From the NCBI RefSeq assembly GCF_037042905.1, contig NC_087252.1, positions 23,066,001-23,130,000 on the forward strand: a stretch of DNA of 64,000 nt, given 5' to 3'. Each line of letters starts with the position of its first letter. Position 1 is the first letter of the stretch. This document shows positions 45,756 to 59,813 of the stretch, in pieces. The position numbers were made by a program, and so were the translations under genes. The notes under the pieces were generated by a model. That model ran no database searches. It was not told where the DNA came from and was given only the letters and a program-made list of their open reading frames with translations. The DNA comes from Lytechinus pictus (lineage: Eukaryota).

Positions 45756-48700
45756 CTAGAGTAGAGTACATCCTCCTTTTTTGTCTTTGTAGTTGTTGAT
45801 TTGACCCGGATGGAGTTCCCGTGTCAAGAGAAAGTCGTTTCCTACTTCCTGCTCGCAGTACTGAACGAGGCTGTAAAAGAAATTACAAGAACAAAAAAAA
45901 AAACAACCAATAATCAAGAGTATTCTATAAATGCGCCACATCTGGGGGTCATTTAATAAAGATTACAATAAATTGTAATCATAATATCGCTATGTGTTAT
46001 TATCATCATTATTATATTATTCTTTGTGATAGTCATGATCAGTTTTTCCAATTCGTCTAATGCCAATTCGTCCAATTGCCAACTCGTCTACTTTCATTTG
46101 GTCTCCCATCAGTTCGTCCACTCGCCTATATGACTTATCAGATGTTATATATCTTCCCATATTGGCATGGTATACTTTCATTTAGTCTAAGGCCATTCCG
46201 TCTACTAACCATGCAGTTGGTCCAATAGCCATTTAGTCCATATACCATTTGGTCTACTAAGCAAACTATTTGTGTTAATTGTGAAAAATGAATGAAAAAA
46301 AAATGGGTATTAGACCAACTGGTTATTAGAAGAAATGGTAATAGACGAAAAGGTGATTAGACGAAGTGATGATTGAACCAAATGGTTGTTAGACGAAATG
46401 TTGATGGACGGAATGGCATTAGACTAAATGAAGGTCGACCATGTGGTGAGTGGACGAGCCTTTGGCAGTGGACGAATTGGCAATTTAATTTACCGTCATT
46501 ATTATTGTCATTGTGTTATGCATTTTACTTAAAAGTGGCTTCATGAACGCCCCCCCCAAAAAAAAAAAAAAAAAAAACGAAAGAAAGAGAGATCTTATAG
46601 AGAACGAACGACCGAACGAACAAAAAACGGACAAATAAATATATATATAAATAAATAGATAGATAGATAGATGAATGGATGAATAACTAAATGCATATAT
46701 AGATAGATAAATGACTGAATAGATAAATAAATGAATAAATTAACAAAGCTTCCATGATTTGAAGTGAAGCCCCAGCTTTCTTTCCACAGGCCTACAAAAA
46801 GGGCCCAAATAAAGCGAATATTTGCCCTACCCCTAAATATCCCTGGTATATACCTGTATGTATACGAGTATGCATACCCTTATTTTATTGTTTTATTGTA
46901 GCTTTCGACAGCCAAGTAGCTGGTACTATTATATTTTATTAAGAGCTCCTCTGAAAAGTTCAAATTTGCATATTGAACACAGGTGTACAATCCCGTAGTC
47001 CTATTTCCGTCTAGAGATAATTATTCATTACGTCAGATTAATCCATGCCATGGGCATGGAGTGTATCGATCAATATACTTTTAATCAAATAATATTTGTC
47101 TGGCTAAAACCAATGTTTGGAATAGCTCTAGGCTGTTTCAATATTAATGTTTGAAAAAAATAGGTGTTTGCCATAGTATATTGCGTACACAGATGCACGC
47201 ATTATATGCCCTACATGTACGTACATGTATAGTAATTATGGAAGCTTAAAAGTGGCACCCAGATATTCAGATAATAATCTTGTTAAATGTCTACATCCTT
47301 TAGAAAAAAAAATGACCAGATGACGAGAGCTCGGGTCTCCATGTGGGAGAAATGATCAAATTGATCAGATGACAAACTTTGGATCCATGATCATGTCATC
47401 TGATCATTCTCTTCTAAAAGATCTCTATACGAGATCATTGTCATCTGATCATCTCTCCCATGGGATATAATTATGACGAGATCCAAGTAGATCTTGCAAT
47501 CTCATCATATATTATAGACATGACGAGATAATCATCTGAACACATGGGCGGCACTCTTAAGCTTCCATACCTATATATGAAAGCATGGTAAAATTATCTT
47601 GGTTCATCTGCATATTTTCTTATTAGTATTATGCAATGAAAAGATGAATCTATAGCTAATGCATCTTGTTCTAAAAATTCAATACAAAGGAAAAGGCCAC
47701 CTTTCCCTTTATTGTCACGATATTAAACTGATATTATACATTTACACAATGTGTATGCATGGGCCTAATAATTCTTTCTTCTTATTCTTCTTCTTATGTT
47801 TTTTTTTGGATAGGTGGGGTCATACATAAAAGTACGAAGCCCCAAACCGGACATTTTTGACATCCAAAAAAAAAAAAAATTATCACGTACGTACGCAGTA
47901 TTATTACGTACGTACGTAATATTATTACGTACGTACGCAGTATTATTACGTACGTACGTGATAATTATTACGTACGTACGTGATAATTATTACGTACGTA
48001 CGCAGTATTATTACGTACGTACGCAGTATTATTACGTACGTACGTGATAATTATTACGTACGTACGCAGTATTATCACGTACGTACGCAGTATTATTACG
48101 TACGTACGTGATAATTATTACGTACGTACGCAGTATTATCACGTACGTACGCAGTATTTATTACGTACGTACGTAATGTTATCTCCCAAAAGGTCATACA
48201 TGAATTCAAATACCGGTAGTTAATGAAATCTGATCACGCTAGCGCGAAGCCCGCAGGCTTTAAATTTTTATGTGGGCCTACAATAGGCCTTCTGCTTTGA
48301 TTGTTCCCGCATAGAATTTCCCTTTAAATACCAGCCTCTTCAAATAGTTTATCTTTTTTTAAACACCTATACATCTTCACTTAATTTACATCAATTAATA
48401 CCATATCATATTCAAATTTAAGCAGAGAACGAAGCAATTTCAAAAGGGTGGTAAAATAATAGGGGCTCATCCCAGTGTCGCGTGTGGGTACATTTTTGAA
48501 AAAAACTGTCTCGCCAAAACACTAACATAATAGGCCTTTAATTGTCCTTTCCCCAATGTGTTTCTAGCAGTTTCTGAAAGGAATGGTTTAATTGAAAACA
48601 CAGCCTGATGACGAGAACAAATGAAATGGTTATCATATGAATATTGTGGGTTATATAGCAGGGACCTGAAAACTCGCGGGGGTGCTGGGGGTGCTGCGTG

Positions 48701-51700
48701 TATTATTTTCCATAGGCAGCACCCCCACGAAATCAGGTTCCCTTTGTATTTTTTATATATGTTATAATGTACATAATTATCACATCCGACAATCGCAAAT
48801 CATACAACGTCTTTCACATATTCCAATAACATCCGGCCCTCCTATAACATGTAACGCGACTCAATCAAGCTCCGGCACGCCGATACAGACGTATAGTCGC
48901 GCACGATACGTGATAACCATTATAGTTTTTTTTTTTTTTTTTCTTTCAATCTTTATTGATCAAAATAAATCACAGTACAAATCAAACAAATCAACAAGCT
49001 ATTTACATGATTAAACAGAGCAGCACTTACGTACATGTAGGTATATACTTGTCAAGACAGATTCATAAAACAAATTAGATATCAAATCTCCACTTTTTAA
49101 AATGTACAGGTAATTTACCATTATTCTTCGCCAAAACATATTCAATATCCTTAATACCTTTGATACGAGCTTTTAATTCCACAATATTGGGGTTTTGTTA
49201 TTAAATTTACAAAAGTGAACATAGTATTTGAAAGCAAGGAAAATGAATGTTAGAAAATTATCACCTTGAATACCAAAAACCTTTACAAAGGGGGAAAGGA
49301 TAATATTCGAATGTTGTTTTTGGTTTATTATAGATAAAAGATCATCCCATACAATGTTAACCACCGGACAATCACAAAATATATGTACAATTGTTTCAGG
49401 GTCTCTTTTACAGAATGAACAGTTTGGGGAATCTTTTCTCTTGATTTTAAATAAAAATGCATTAAGGGCAATTGTCTTATGAAACACCTTGAAATAAAAT
49501 GATCTGATGCGGCTATCAATAGTACTCTTAAAATTCAGCATATGTATTTTCTCCCAGTCTACTTTGTCGTTAGAAGGGCACGACTCTTCCCAAAAGGAAA
49601 TACAATTATCTGGGAGACATTGATCGAAAAATATCGAGTATGCATAACTGCTAACTTTCCTTTTCTCTAATAATTTATCTACAACTTTGGAATGGATATC
49701 TAAATCTGGATTATTATGCCAATCTAACCATGGACCAGGAATATTTTGTAATAGAAAATTAAATTTTCTTCTATCTTTTGCTGAAATTTCAAAGTCGAGA
49801 ACTAACTCTTCAAATAACTTGTAACCTGGATGGGGTGGATTAAAGAGATCACTTATAAAAACTATGCCCTTATTAAACCAATTTTCATAAAAGAAAAATT
49901 GTTTAGATTTGGATCTGACATTTCTATTAAACCAAATACAATGTGAATAACCCAAATACAAATAATCATAACCAAACTCTTTTCTGGAAGCTTTATCTCT
50001 AAACAAGTACCAGGTCCGGATTGAGTCTGCAAGTAGGGAACAATTTAAATTATTCAAAATTTGTTCAGGTGCATGGGCCTTCCACAAAATATCCCTCATT
50101 GCATTAAATTTGTCTAAAAAGGAAACTTCAATTAATTTCCATCCACTATTGTAGTTATCATTTAACAAAAATTTTACCCAAATCATTTTCTGAGCCAATG
50201 AAAATATATAGGGATCAACCATCTTGAGCCCACAGGCAGAAAAGTCATTACAAAAATATTTCCTCTTTACTCTGTCCCTGCCTCCATTCCAAATAAATCT
50301 GTAAAATAAAGTATTTAGATCTTTAAAAAATTTGCTTGGAATTTTATACACAAAACAGATAGTAAATACAGCAACTGAGGCATTAATAAAGTTTTAATAA
50401 CACAGATTTTTCCAACAAAAGACAAATTTCTTGAGCGCCAACAATTCAATATATTCTCTATCTGCCTCAGTTTAGGAACATAGTTAAGACTATACAGTGA
50501 ATTAAAATTCAACGAGAATTGAATACCCAATGTTTTGAAAGAATTATCTCTCCATGTTAGACCTCTTTCAGCAAATGGGAAATCTTGACAACCTTTTTTC
50601 CTTCCTATCCAGATAGCTTCTGACTTAGATAAGTTAAGCCTACACCCTGAACTACTAGCAAATTTATCAAGCACTTGAAATGTTATATTAAAAGATTCCA
50701 AGGAACCATCCAAAAAACAAGTTGAATCATCCGCCATCAATGAAATTTTCACTTCTTCATTTTGGATTGGATTTTGTCTCACAGCTAAAGCCATTGTTTC
50801 AATTACAAGTAAAAAAAGATAGGGGGAAATTGGGCACCCTTGGAATATGCCTCTTTCCATATTAATTACCTTAGTTAAAAATCCATTATTCATAACATAA
50901 CTTTTCCTCTCGCAATAAATGGTTTTTACCCACTTAATAAATTTTGGATAACCATTATAGTTTACACACTACCATGACTACTCGATAGCAGAGAGGGACA
51001 AGGGTGTGGTTGGACTTGAAACTTAGAGGGTTTTATGTCGAATCAAGTGTGGGCGAGCCCGACCGCCCGTGTTTTGTATAAAGAATTACAATTCAGACAA
51101 TAAAAATCAAATTTCAGTCTTTTTCGCCCTGCCCCATGGCCCTGGGAAGCGGGGGTGCTGGGGGTGAAGCACCCCAAAATGTGGGGGTGCTGCATGTGTT
51201 ATTTTCCATAGGCAACACCTCCTGGAAATCTAGTGGTAAGTTGATGAATGACAGAAATGTAATGAAAATGAACGACGTTTTGTAGACCCCCACCCCCTTA
51301 AGAATTTTCCGACACAGTACTTAAAATAGTGTTTAAATTCACCCTTTTTCAAATCGGAATATCAAATATTTTCTGCTCGTGCTTCGCGCTCGCATTATTG
51401 ATTTTTATAATAAAAACAAAGTATTTACAACGCCCAGATACTAAAGGGCTAACTCTAAACACGCGCACGCATGTTTATTCAGATACGCAGCTTGTTTTGG
51501 GGCTAATCCGGGCTGAAAATATTTATATCAAATACAATTTTATGAAAATCTGATAACAAATAGTTAAGTTATTTAATTCTAAAGTTTAGCAATAGTTTAT
51601 GAAAATGGTGATATGCATGTCGTCATGAATATTAAATAGGTGGGTTGACATGTGCGGAAATCTCTTCCCAAAGGTAGAGGGACCAGGGCCTGCATGGAAA

Positions 51701-54700
51701 ATTTGACAAGCATAAAAAAAAGAAAAAAAAGTTTTTCACCCAAAATGTAAGGTCATTTAGTCCAAAAGCTATTATTTCGATTGTGAAGTGATGTATTTTT
51801 CTCCATGAAAGACCAAAAATAGTAGGGGGGCATTTGATATTGTGTCCCCCTACTATTTTTGGTAGGGGGACACGTCCCCCTGTCCCCTCTGGGATTTCCG
51901 CCCTTGCGGGTTGAAGATATCACATCCCCACTATCCTGTTTCTTGTGTTATTACATGGAATCAAAATTGTTTAATTTTTTCATACCAGTGTGAATGATAT
52001 GTCTCCCTTATAATGAAATAAGTTGCAGCAAAGAATATCTAATAGACTAAATCAGTTGTCAATTCAACTGTTTTTTGGTTCTTGAAGGGAAAATATCAAA
52101 TAAACCTAATTTTATATAATAAAATACAAAAGAACAATTGGGGATATGACATCATCAGTTTGCTCACTGAATATTAATGAAGACATGCTTAAAACTGTTT
52201 CACCGGAATAATGCTAATCTTTAAAATGCAATAACTTTGATATTCCTTGTCGGATTTTGATCAAATCTTTATTCTTATGTTCGCCTGATTTCTCTTTATC
52301 TGTTCAAACCATATTGCATTCAGTGTGGAGTTTCAGATCAGAATATCAAAAATTTTCTGCTCGCGCTTTGCGCTCACATTATTAATGTAAGAATATATCC
52401 AATTACCCATCATTTTCTTGATTTTCAAAACATGAATAGAATGTCCCAATTATAGGTCTGAAATCTCAATTTTGTTTCCGCTCGCTCTTTGCGCTCGCAT
52501 CAATTGTATAGTTATATACCTATCCTGTTCATGATTAGAAAAGTGCTTAAGATGTCCTGTTTTTAGGTCTGAAATCTCATTTTTAATTCCGCTCGCGCTT
52601 CGCGCTCGCATCAATTGTATATTTATATACCTATCCTGTTCTTGATTAGAAAAGTGCTTAGAATATGTCTCGTTTTTTGGTCTGAAATCTCAATTTTGTT
52701 TCCGCTCGCGCTTCGCGCTCGCATCTTATCCTGTTCATGATTGCAAAAAGTGCTTAGAATGTCCAGTATTTAGGTCGGAATGTCAATTTTTTCAGCTCGC
52801 GCTTCGCGCTCGCATTATTTGATTGGTGATATATGAATCGTCTTAATGAGTATAACTGCAAACATTCCTTATAACACTTCCCTTTCGATCAGACCAGAGC
52901 GTATATAAAAAATATCTGCTCGCACTGATCACGTTCGCAGTTATTATTTGTTACATACGCATCTTGTTCAGGACCACAAACATTGCTCAAAATATTCAAT
53001 TTTTCAGGACAAAATACATGATTTTCCCCCCCAAAAAATAGCTCGCGTTTCGATCGCGCTCGACTTATCTCATTATATATCTATGTTCTTTTATAAGAAG
53101 AAAGCTAAGAAGTGACTGTCATATATATGTATATATATATATATATGTGTGTGGGGGGAGGATTGGTTGGTGTGTGTGTGGTGCCCTTAGAGGTGTGTGT
53201 GTGTGTGTAATTATGGAAAATTCAATTATTGTGTCCCCCCCCCCACCTTTGAGGAGAGATTTCAGCACCCCCACTGAAAAAATCGTTCCCAGGTCCCTGT
53301 TATATAGGCCCTATAATCGATGAAAAGTCATGATCATCACCAGCATGACTATGGTCCAACCATGGTCCCAGCTAGCAAGCTGACGTTGGTTGGGCCATGC
53401 AATGCGGGGTGCCGATGTCGGCCACATTCGGCGAATATCGGATTCCATAGACCAATGAAAATTAGAATACTACGTACGTACGTAATAATACTGCGTACGT
53501 ACGTAATAATACTGCGTACGTACGTAATAATTATCACGTACGTACGTAATAATACTGCGTACGTACGTGATAATACTGCGTACGTACGTAATAATTATCA
53601 CGTACGTACGTAATAATACTGCGTACGTACGTAATAATACTGCGTACGTACGTAATAATTATCACGTACGTACGTAATAATTATCACGTACGTACGCAAT
53701 AATACTGCGTACGTACGTAATAATTATCACGTACGTACGTAATAATACTACGTACGTACGTGATAATTTTTTTTTTTTGGTTGTCATAAATGTCCGGTTT
53801 GGGGCTTCGTATAAAAGTGATGACCTATAACAGATAATTATGCCGAGGATGGTACCAGGGCGACCTCAATATAGTAACATTCGTAATAAAGAGATGTACA
53901 GCACTCGAGTTGAAGAAGCGAGCGAGCCAATAATAGTTGACCACTTTATGAATGCAAAATGGTGAAATACATACATGTAGGCCTACAGTGACACATTAAC
54001 ATTTCAACATAATATATTCAAGGGAAATCAAAAGGGCATGCAGTGAGACAAAATCAATAAAACATGGAATAAACCACACGATCATACTCGAGATCTGACT
54101 TGAAACTACAATACACATTCAGGTCTGTTCTTCACTGCTCCTCAATAATATTCAGTGAACTTTCATGATCGTATATCAAATCAATTATTGTTAGTGTGGG
54201 CGTCATTGGGAAGGCATGGTAATAGAAGACACTTAAAAGGAACAAATTGTAGGTAGATAGATAGATAGATAGATGGATGGATGGATAGATAGATATGTAG
54301 AGATAGATAGATAGACATATAGATAGATAGATAGATAAATAGATATATATATATACAATGTAGATAGACATATAGATAGATAGATAGATGGTATTTATCA
54401 TGATAAAACTCAATTCGCAGAGCTCTATATACAAACAGTAAAAAAAAACATACCGGTATATCAATGTATAATATTAGGGAAGGGGAGACACAGAGAAATG
54501 ACTTTGTATATGCAAAAGAAGAATGTCGGAAAGATGAATAGGAAGAGATATAGGAGTACAGCATAGAATTTTAACATTATGAACATCTTTAACATAAATA
54601 TATTTAACAATAATAAGAATAACAATGGACATCCGTGTAATTTCTCACTTTGTAAAGAGTGGACTGTATGAAATGATACTATTTTTTAAAGAAAGAAAAA

Positions 54701-54844
54701 AAAAAAACATTCCTGTCACTCAATTATATAGGCCTACACTTACTCAGCTGTACACTGTGATACTTTGACCCTCTCTATATTGAGTTCCCTCTGAAGTTGA
54801 TCAATGTTCTTGTGCAGAGCCATTTGTGTTGAGGAAGAAGCCAT
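45756..54844 (-). CDS. Heterotrimeric G-protein gamma subunit (GGL domain), 71 aa; complement(join(45756-45870,54744-54844))
   Basis: Spliced product is MASSSTQMALHKNIDQLQRELNIERVKVSQCTADLVQYCEQEVGNDFLLTRELHPGQINNYKDKKGGCTLL*. The donor GA|GTAAGT and acceptor TTTTACAG|C are both phase 2. It matches the G-gamma pattern (QL..E.NI.R.KVS...ADL..YC) and has a CaaL prenylation box. An upstream acceptor at 54868-54870 implies a 5'UTR exon. Confidence 0.92.
46041..46494. mobile_element. MITE related to 41019-41412
   Basis: CCAATTCGTCTAATGCC repeats on the left and GACGAATTGGC repeats on the right. Confidence 0.65.
47237..47569. mobile_element. Small TIR element (TAT..ATA ends)
   Basis: TATGGAAGCTTAAAAGTG / CACTCTTAAGCTTCCATA. 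No clear TSD. Confidence 0.5.
48659..53299. mobile_element. hAT-like non-autonomous element nested in the IS3EU-like element
   Basis: TIR CAGGGACCTG/CAGGTCCCTG with a perfect 8-bp TSD TTATATAG (48651-48658, 53300-53307). Internal GCTCGCGCTTCGCGCTCGCA repeats. Confidence 0.75.
48929..50946 (-). mobile_element. 5'-truncated L1/Tx1-clade LINE (reverse transcriptase C-half and CCHC zinc knuckle), frameshifted
   Basis: ORFs 50315-50893 (QGCPISPYLF, ISLMADDS) and 49173-50351 (CSFCKRDPETIVHIFCDC). Poly(A) tail near 48929. Target-site duplication (TSD) GATAACCATTATAGTTT at 48912-48928 and 50947-50963. Confidence 0.93.
54250..54392. repeat. (GATA)n microsatellite
   Basis: Direct inspection. Confidence 0.9.
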
Positions 54845-56043
54845 CTCGAATTATACCAAAGAACTAGCTGGTTGAAAAAAATATATGTCAAATCTAAACC
54901 GTGTTACTCCAATTTATAACATATACGTTGATCAGGATATATATTATTTCCCTGAAGAAGGTTGGTCGGTTTTGCGATATTGTATATTCCTCGAATGCAG
55001 GTTCTGGTTGCGTGACTGACGAGGAGTTCATGCAATCTTTGATATTTCCTTATTGTGGTTGATCCGTTTCCAATGTTTCAGCACGGATTTTGGTCTTCCC
55101 TTTTCCTGGTCTAATTCCCAACTGCGTCTATCAACACCTTCGCGTGCTTTGGATATACGGCGTCCAATGTATCTGTGCGGTGGCGCCGCTGGTAATATGA
55201 TGCAGCAGATTGAAAAAGGAAAGAGATACAAAATTGGTTTACAGGGCGCAAGTTACCCCGCCCTTTGTTCGTAGGCACAGCAAAGCAGTGGTATATGCAG
55301 GGACTCGGGTTATAATCTTCCCAGCTTGTGATCAAAGTACACAATAAATAATTGGCGTCTATATTGAGGTCCAAAAATATGTGGACTTTGCTCGGCGTGT
55401 ATATTCCGAACGAGCGGTTCACTCTTGCATGACGAGAATTGGATCTCTATAGCTATCCCGACATGATCCCCCAACGCCCAAACGCGACCATTGACTGAGT
55501 CACGCTCGGCGTATTCGAGGAACAATATCCGTCCTCCCCCCCCCCCATTCAGGGGCATGTTTAGATGTTTTCCCATGGGAGGGGGTGAACATAAGAGGGG
55601 TCCTCTTGAAGTGTGAAGTGGTTATTTCGTCCTTTTATTCACCGGGACACGGTTTTCTTTTGTTATTTGTAATTGGGTAGGAACGATTAATCTCTCGCGA
55701 TGTGTTTTCTTGAGCATTCGGCTCCCCCGGCTCGGCTTTTGGGGAAAACAACTGACATTAATCAAAACAGTAAATTAAACAATTTAATCTTTTTCTCGAA
55801 ATCAGATGAGAATTGGTGACTAAATGCTTCTTCTTCGGCACTTCTTCGACTTCTTCTTATCCTGGTTCTTCTTCACAAGGAGTGTGTTTTTTCTTTGCAT
55901 TTAACATCTCCAGGAAGTTGCCTATAATGAGCCAATGATTTTGACGGGTCATAACAATGAGTGAGCAAAATCTTACTTTTCAAAATGAGATCTAATATTG
56001 TGGTATTTGATATAACGTAAAGAATTCATAACAAGTGGCTTAA

Positions 56044-56342
56044 AGGGATGGTCCGGGCTGAAAATATTTATATCTTAAAGTTTCAGCAATAAATATCTAA
56101 TGCACTAAATCAGTTGTCAATCCATTTTTTTTCTAGTTCTTGGAGGAAAAAATTTGAATAAACCTAATTTCATATAATAAAATACAAAAGAACAAGTGGG
56201 GATGTGACATCATCAGCCCACCTAATGAATATTCATGACAACTGTTTTTACAAAATATTGCAAAATTTTATAATTCAATAACATTGTTATTTGTTATCTG
56301 ATTTTGATGAAGCTATAAATACTTTCAGTCCGGACCATCCCT
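56044..56342. mobile_element. Internally deleted Kolobok-like element
   Basis: Same TIRs and TTAA flanks as 6096-6668. Confidence 0.78.
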
Positions 56343-57507
56343 TTAATGAGCCAAAATAATTGAGGGGCTAGATAAATTATGTCGTATCGCATAAAACTTA
56401 TAAAAAGTTGCGAGTGAGCGAACTGAGCAAGCGAGCAAAAATAATTTTATGTACTAGATTCAGGGACATATCAGACAGAATATTTAGAAAATAATACCAT
56501 ATTTCACCCTTCTCTCTTTCCTTTTCTCTATTTTTCTTGGTTGTGAAACATTTTGGGGCATAATTAAGCCCCCCATCTGTAACCACTGTATAACAGAACA
56601 ATCAACATTTTATTTTCCTTCTCTTTATTCTCCCTTTTCTCTGACTACTTGAACTTTTACAGGGCACTGCCAACAAGCGAAGAACAGTTTGTATATAAGA
56701 TGATCGATGATATACCTAAACCAATTTTGTTATCGGATATTGTTTAAACGATCTAAAATATTTTGAATGAAACTTGAAAAGAGAAGAAAGAATATAAAAA
56801 GTGGGGGTGGTGAGTATGTTCTATAAGCTGCCAGTGTAGGCCTATAGTGTATATTTTGTAAAGAGATTTGCTTTATGTATTTTTATTTTGATATGTTTTG
56901 AAGTTATTGACAGATGAAAAACACACACTAAAAGAAAGGAAAGTTGTCATAATCTACTAGAATTTGGCATGTTTCATGTTTTAAACTTCGTACGGGGACC
57001 GCGGAGCCTGGGTTGGGGACTCCAGCCTGCACTTTCTAAATAAACCTGATGTCAAAAAAAGAAAAAAGAAAAAAGACGGTGTCCGTGTGATTGTGTGTGG
57101 ATTTGTGCATGATCAGCCGCCTCCCCCCCCCCCCCCGGCCCCAACTTTTGACTCAGCTTCCCAATTTAAAACACCTTTCCTCTGCCCATGTTGTCATGGT
57201 TAGTATGCCTATTTTGCAAGTTCAAGTGACTAAAAGGGCAAATTATTTATCCACCTTCTCCATTTTGCTATGCTATATAGTCTTACTGGCAAATTCAAAA
57301 TCATTTGGCACTCTAAAATTTTACCCAATATTGGATAAAAAGGTAACATGCATGTTTGCTGGGTTTTTTTTTTACCCGGGCTATTTCAACGCAACATTGC
57401 GTAAAATTTACAAAATATTTGGTATCTTTTTTACCCAACAAAATTTTACTTTTTTACTTTTTTTTTAGAGTGCATTCATTCTTCCTCTCTCAGTCGAAGG
57501 TCATTAA

Positions 57508-58803
57508 AGGGATGGTCCAGGCTGGAGATATTTATATCTGAGTTAGAGGAGCAAAAATTTCCAGTCATTTTTATATGTTTAGCTTTTAACATTGATAAAT
57601 CGTGTATTAAATTTCTTGTGCTCAATTGTCCATTATAGAAACATGAATTTACTTTGACATTTTACTTTTTCATGTTCACATTTACTACTACCTTGTATAA
57701 TAATAATAATAGGCATTTATATAGCGCCATCTATCTAGAAATATTCTATTCCGGGGCGCGTTGTATACTGCTTTGTATGCACTGCTTTGTTCGAATTACC
57801 GATAGGGCCTAGATATTTCATTAATTTTTCATTTTGTATATTATTGATGTTTTTGAGAACGGTATATCATTTCTTCGTCTTCTTCTTATTATCATTATTA
57901 TTCTTTTCTTCTTCTGTTTTCTTTTCCCTTGTCTTTTTCTTCTCCTTCTCCCTTTTCCCTTCTTCTTCCTCCTTCTTTCTTCTCCTCCCTTTTCCCTTCT
58001 TCTTCCTCCTTTCTTCTTCTCCTCCCCTCCTCTTCACCTTTCCATGATTCCTTTGTAATATTTCATTGATGCTTCTGTTTAGGTTAACATTTTTTTTTCT
58101 TCATATAATTGTTCGTTAAATCACTGGTTTTAAAATGTTTACTGTGTCAATTGCATACTATGTTCCACACGGCCCCAATGAAATCAGTCTGTGAACTGTT
58201 TGGGCTTTTTAACCGTGTATAAATAAAATCAATCTGATCTTATCAATCTTATCTTATCTAAAATGCTGAAAAGTTGATAAAAATCGGATAACAAAAAACG
58301 AAGTTATTGAATTTTAAAGATTGCATTATTCCGATGAAACAGTTCTAGGCATGTCTTTATTAATATTCCTTAGGTGGGCTGATGATGTCATATCTCCACT
58401 GTTCTTTTGTATTTGATTTTATGAAATAAGGTTTATTCAAAAATTTTCTACCACGAACTTAAACAATTGGATTGACAACTGATTAAGTGCATTAGTTATT
58501 TACTGCCGCAACTTATTTCATCATAATGGAGACACATCATTAACACATGTATGAAAAAATGAAACATTTATGATTTCATGTAATAACATAAGAAAAAATA
58601 AAAGTGGGGATGTGGCATCATCAGCCCACCTCATGAATATTCATGACGATGTGCATATAACTGTTTTCACAAAATATTGATAAACTTTAAAATTCAATAA
58701 CTACGTTATTTGTTATCCGATTTTGATGAAATCGTCAGCATTTTGCTTTGTGAATTTTACTCTATTTATCAAGATGTAAATATTTTCAACCCGGACCATC
58801 CCT
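57508..58803. mobile_element. Kolobok-like element with an internal insertion of about 700 bp, including a (CTT)n-rich tract
   Basis: TTAA-AGGGATGGTCCAGGCTG ... CCCGGACCATCCCT-TTAA. The family body resumes at about 58260. Confidence 0.72.
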
Positions 58804-59813
58804 TTAAATAACATAAAAGAATTTGATCGGTCCTGCGTGGCTGTTATAAATCTTTGATGAAGTCGAGAAACGGTGCCATAAAATGGGACCCGAGGGCGCT
58901 TCTGTTCACTGATGTGATCTCCCTCAAAACAATAGAAAATTTATAAACAAACAACATAATCTCTATGAAATGGTTCCCTCATCCGTGCCCATTAAAACTA
59001 TTTGGCATGGCATCTAGCTGACTACTAATCCTCTTGATTTTGTATTTTTAGTTCCCCTTATAAAATAATATACATAACATGAAAGGAATCCAACCCAAGA
59101 TGAAAATGTCTGAAGATAAAGTGAGCAGAGATAGATCCGTATACAAAATAGGACAAAAATAAAGAATGAAGAAAGTTTCGAATTCAATACTTTTGAAAGT
59201 GCAAAGGTAACACTGGGCATATGTGATCATGATCATAGTGATACAGACTATTTTCGTTTGTCGCGTTATCTTCGTTACAAATTTTAATGGTTTAGTGACG
59301 GAAACATGTTTAAACATCGAATTTCTACTTCTTATCAATGATTATTATACCTCTCATCATTGGTTTTACAATATTCACGATTTTCGGTACCAGGGCTTAA
59401 TTACTTATACTTATTTCTTTTTATTCTTTTTTTATAATCATAGCATTTTGAACTCTCAATCTAATGTGCTTATAATAATGATCACCGATTGTTAACCAAT
59501 TATAAATCATATCTTAGCCATATTATGGATAAGTCAATAAATCACTTTTTTATTTTTATTTTTTGTTTTGTTACTCTTTCGCTGTTGGGCTACAAAAACA
59601 ATATCAGTCAAGACAATAATGCTCATGAAAATAGTTTTTTAATGTGATTTGAATCCTTAAAAGAAACAATCGAACAGACATCGTTCGTTCAAAAGGCGTT
59701 GCGCCAACGATTGTGGGCAGACTGTGAATAAGGAAAAATTGCGTTGACAAAACGTTCCGAATCGGAGAGTCAACGATTTACGAGTGCAAGACAGTTACGA
59801 GGGAAAGTCCCTC

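Larger units (their letters stand above)
47833..53811. mobile_element. Non-autonomous DNA transposon with long terminal inverted repeats (TIRs), IS3EU-like, carrying nested insertions
   Basis: Inverted ends TACGAAGCCCCAAACCGGACATTT / AAATGTCCGGTTTGGGGCTTCGTA, with inverted subterminal arrays of about 21-bp ACGTACGTACG units. 6-bp TSD TAAAAG; an alternative reading is an 8-bp TSD ATAAAAGT with ACG..CGT ends. Confidence 0.8.

Noticed and set aside
47814..48047. ORFs with LRTY/YYVRT repeats (also 53320-53613)
   Set aside because: These are translations of the 21-bp subterminal transposon repeats.
49173..50893. Active retrotransposon or host gene
   Set aside because: It is 5'-truncated within the RT domain, frameshifted, and has no ORF1 or endonuclease.
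55028..55576. Cluster of overlapping short ORFs
   Set aside because: No recognisable motifs or consistent splice signals; probably intron or 5' region of the G-gamma gene.
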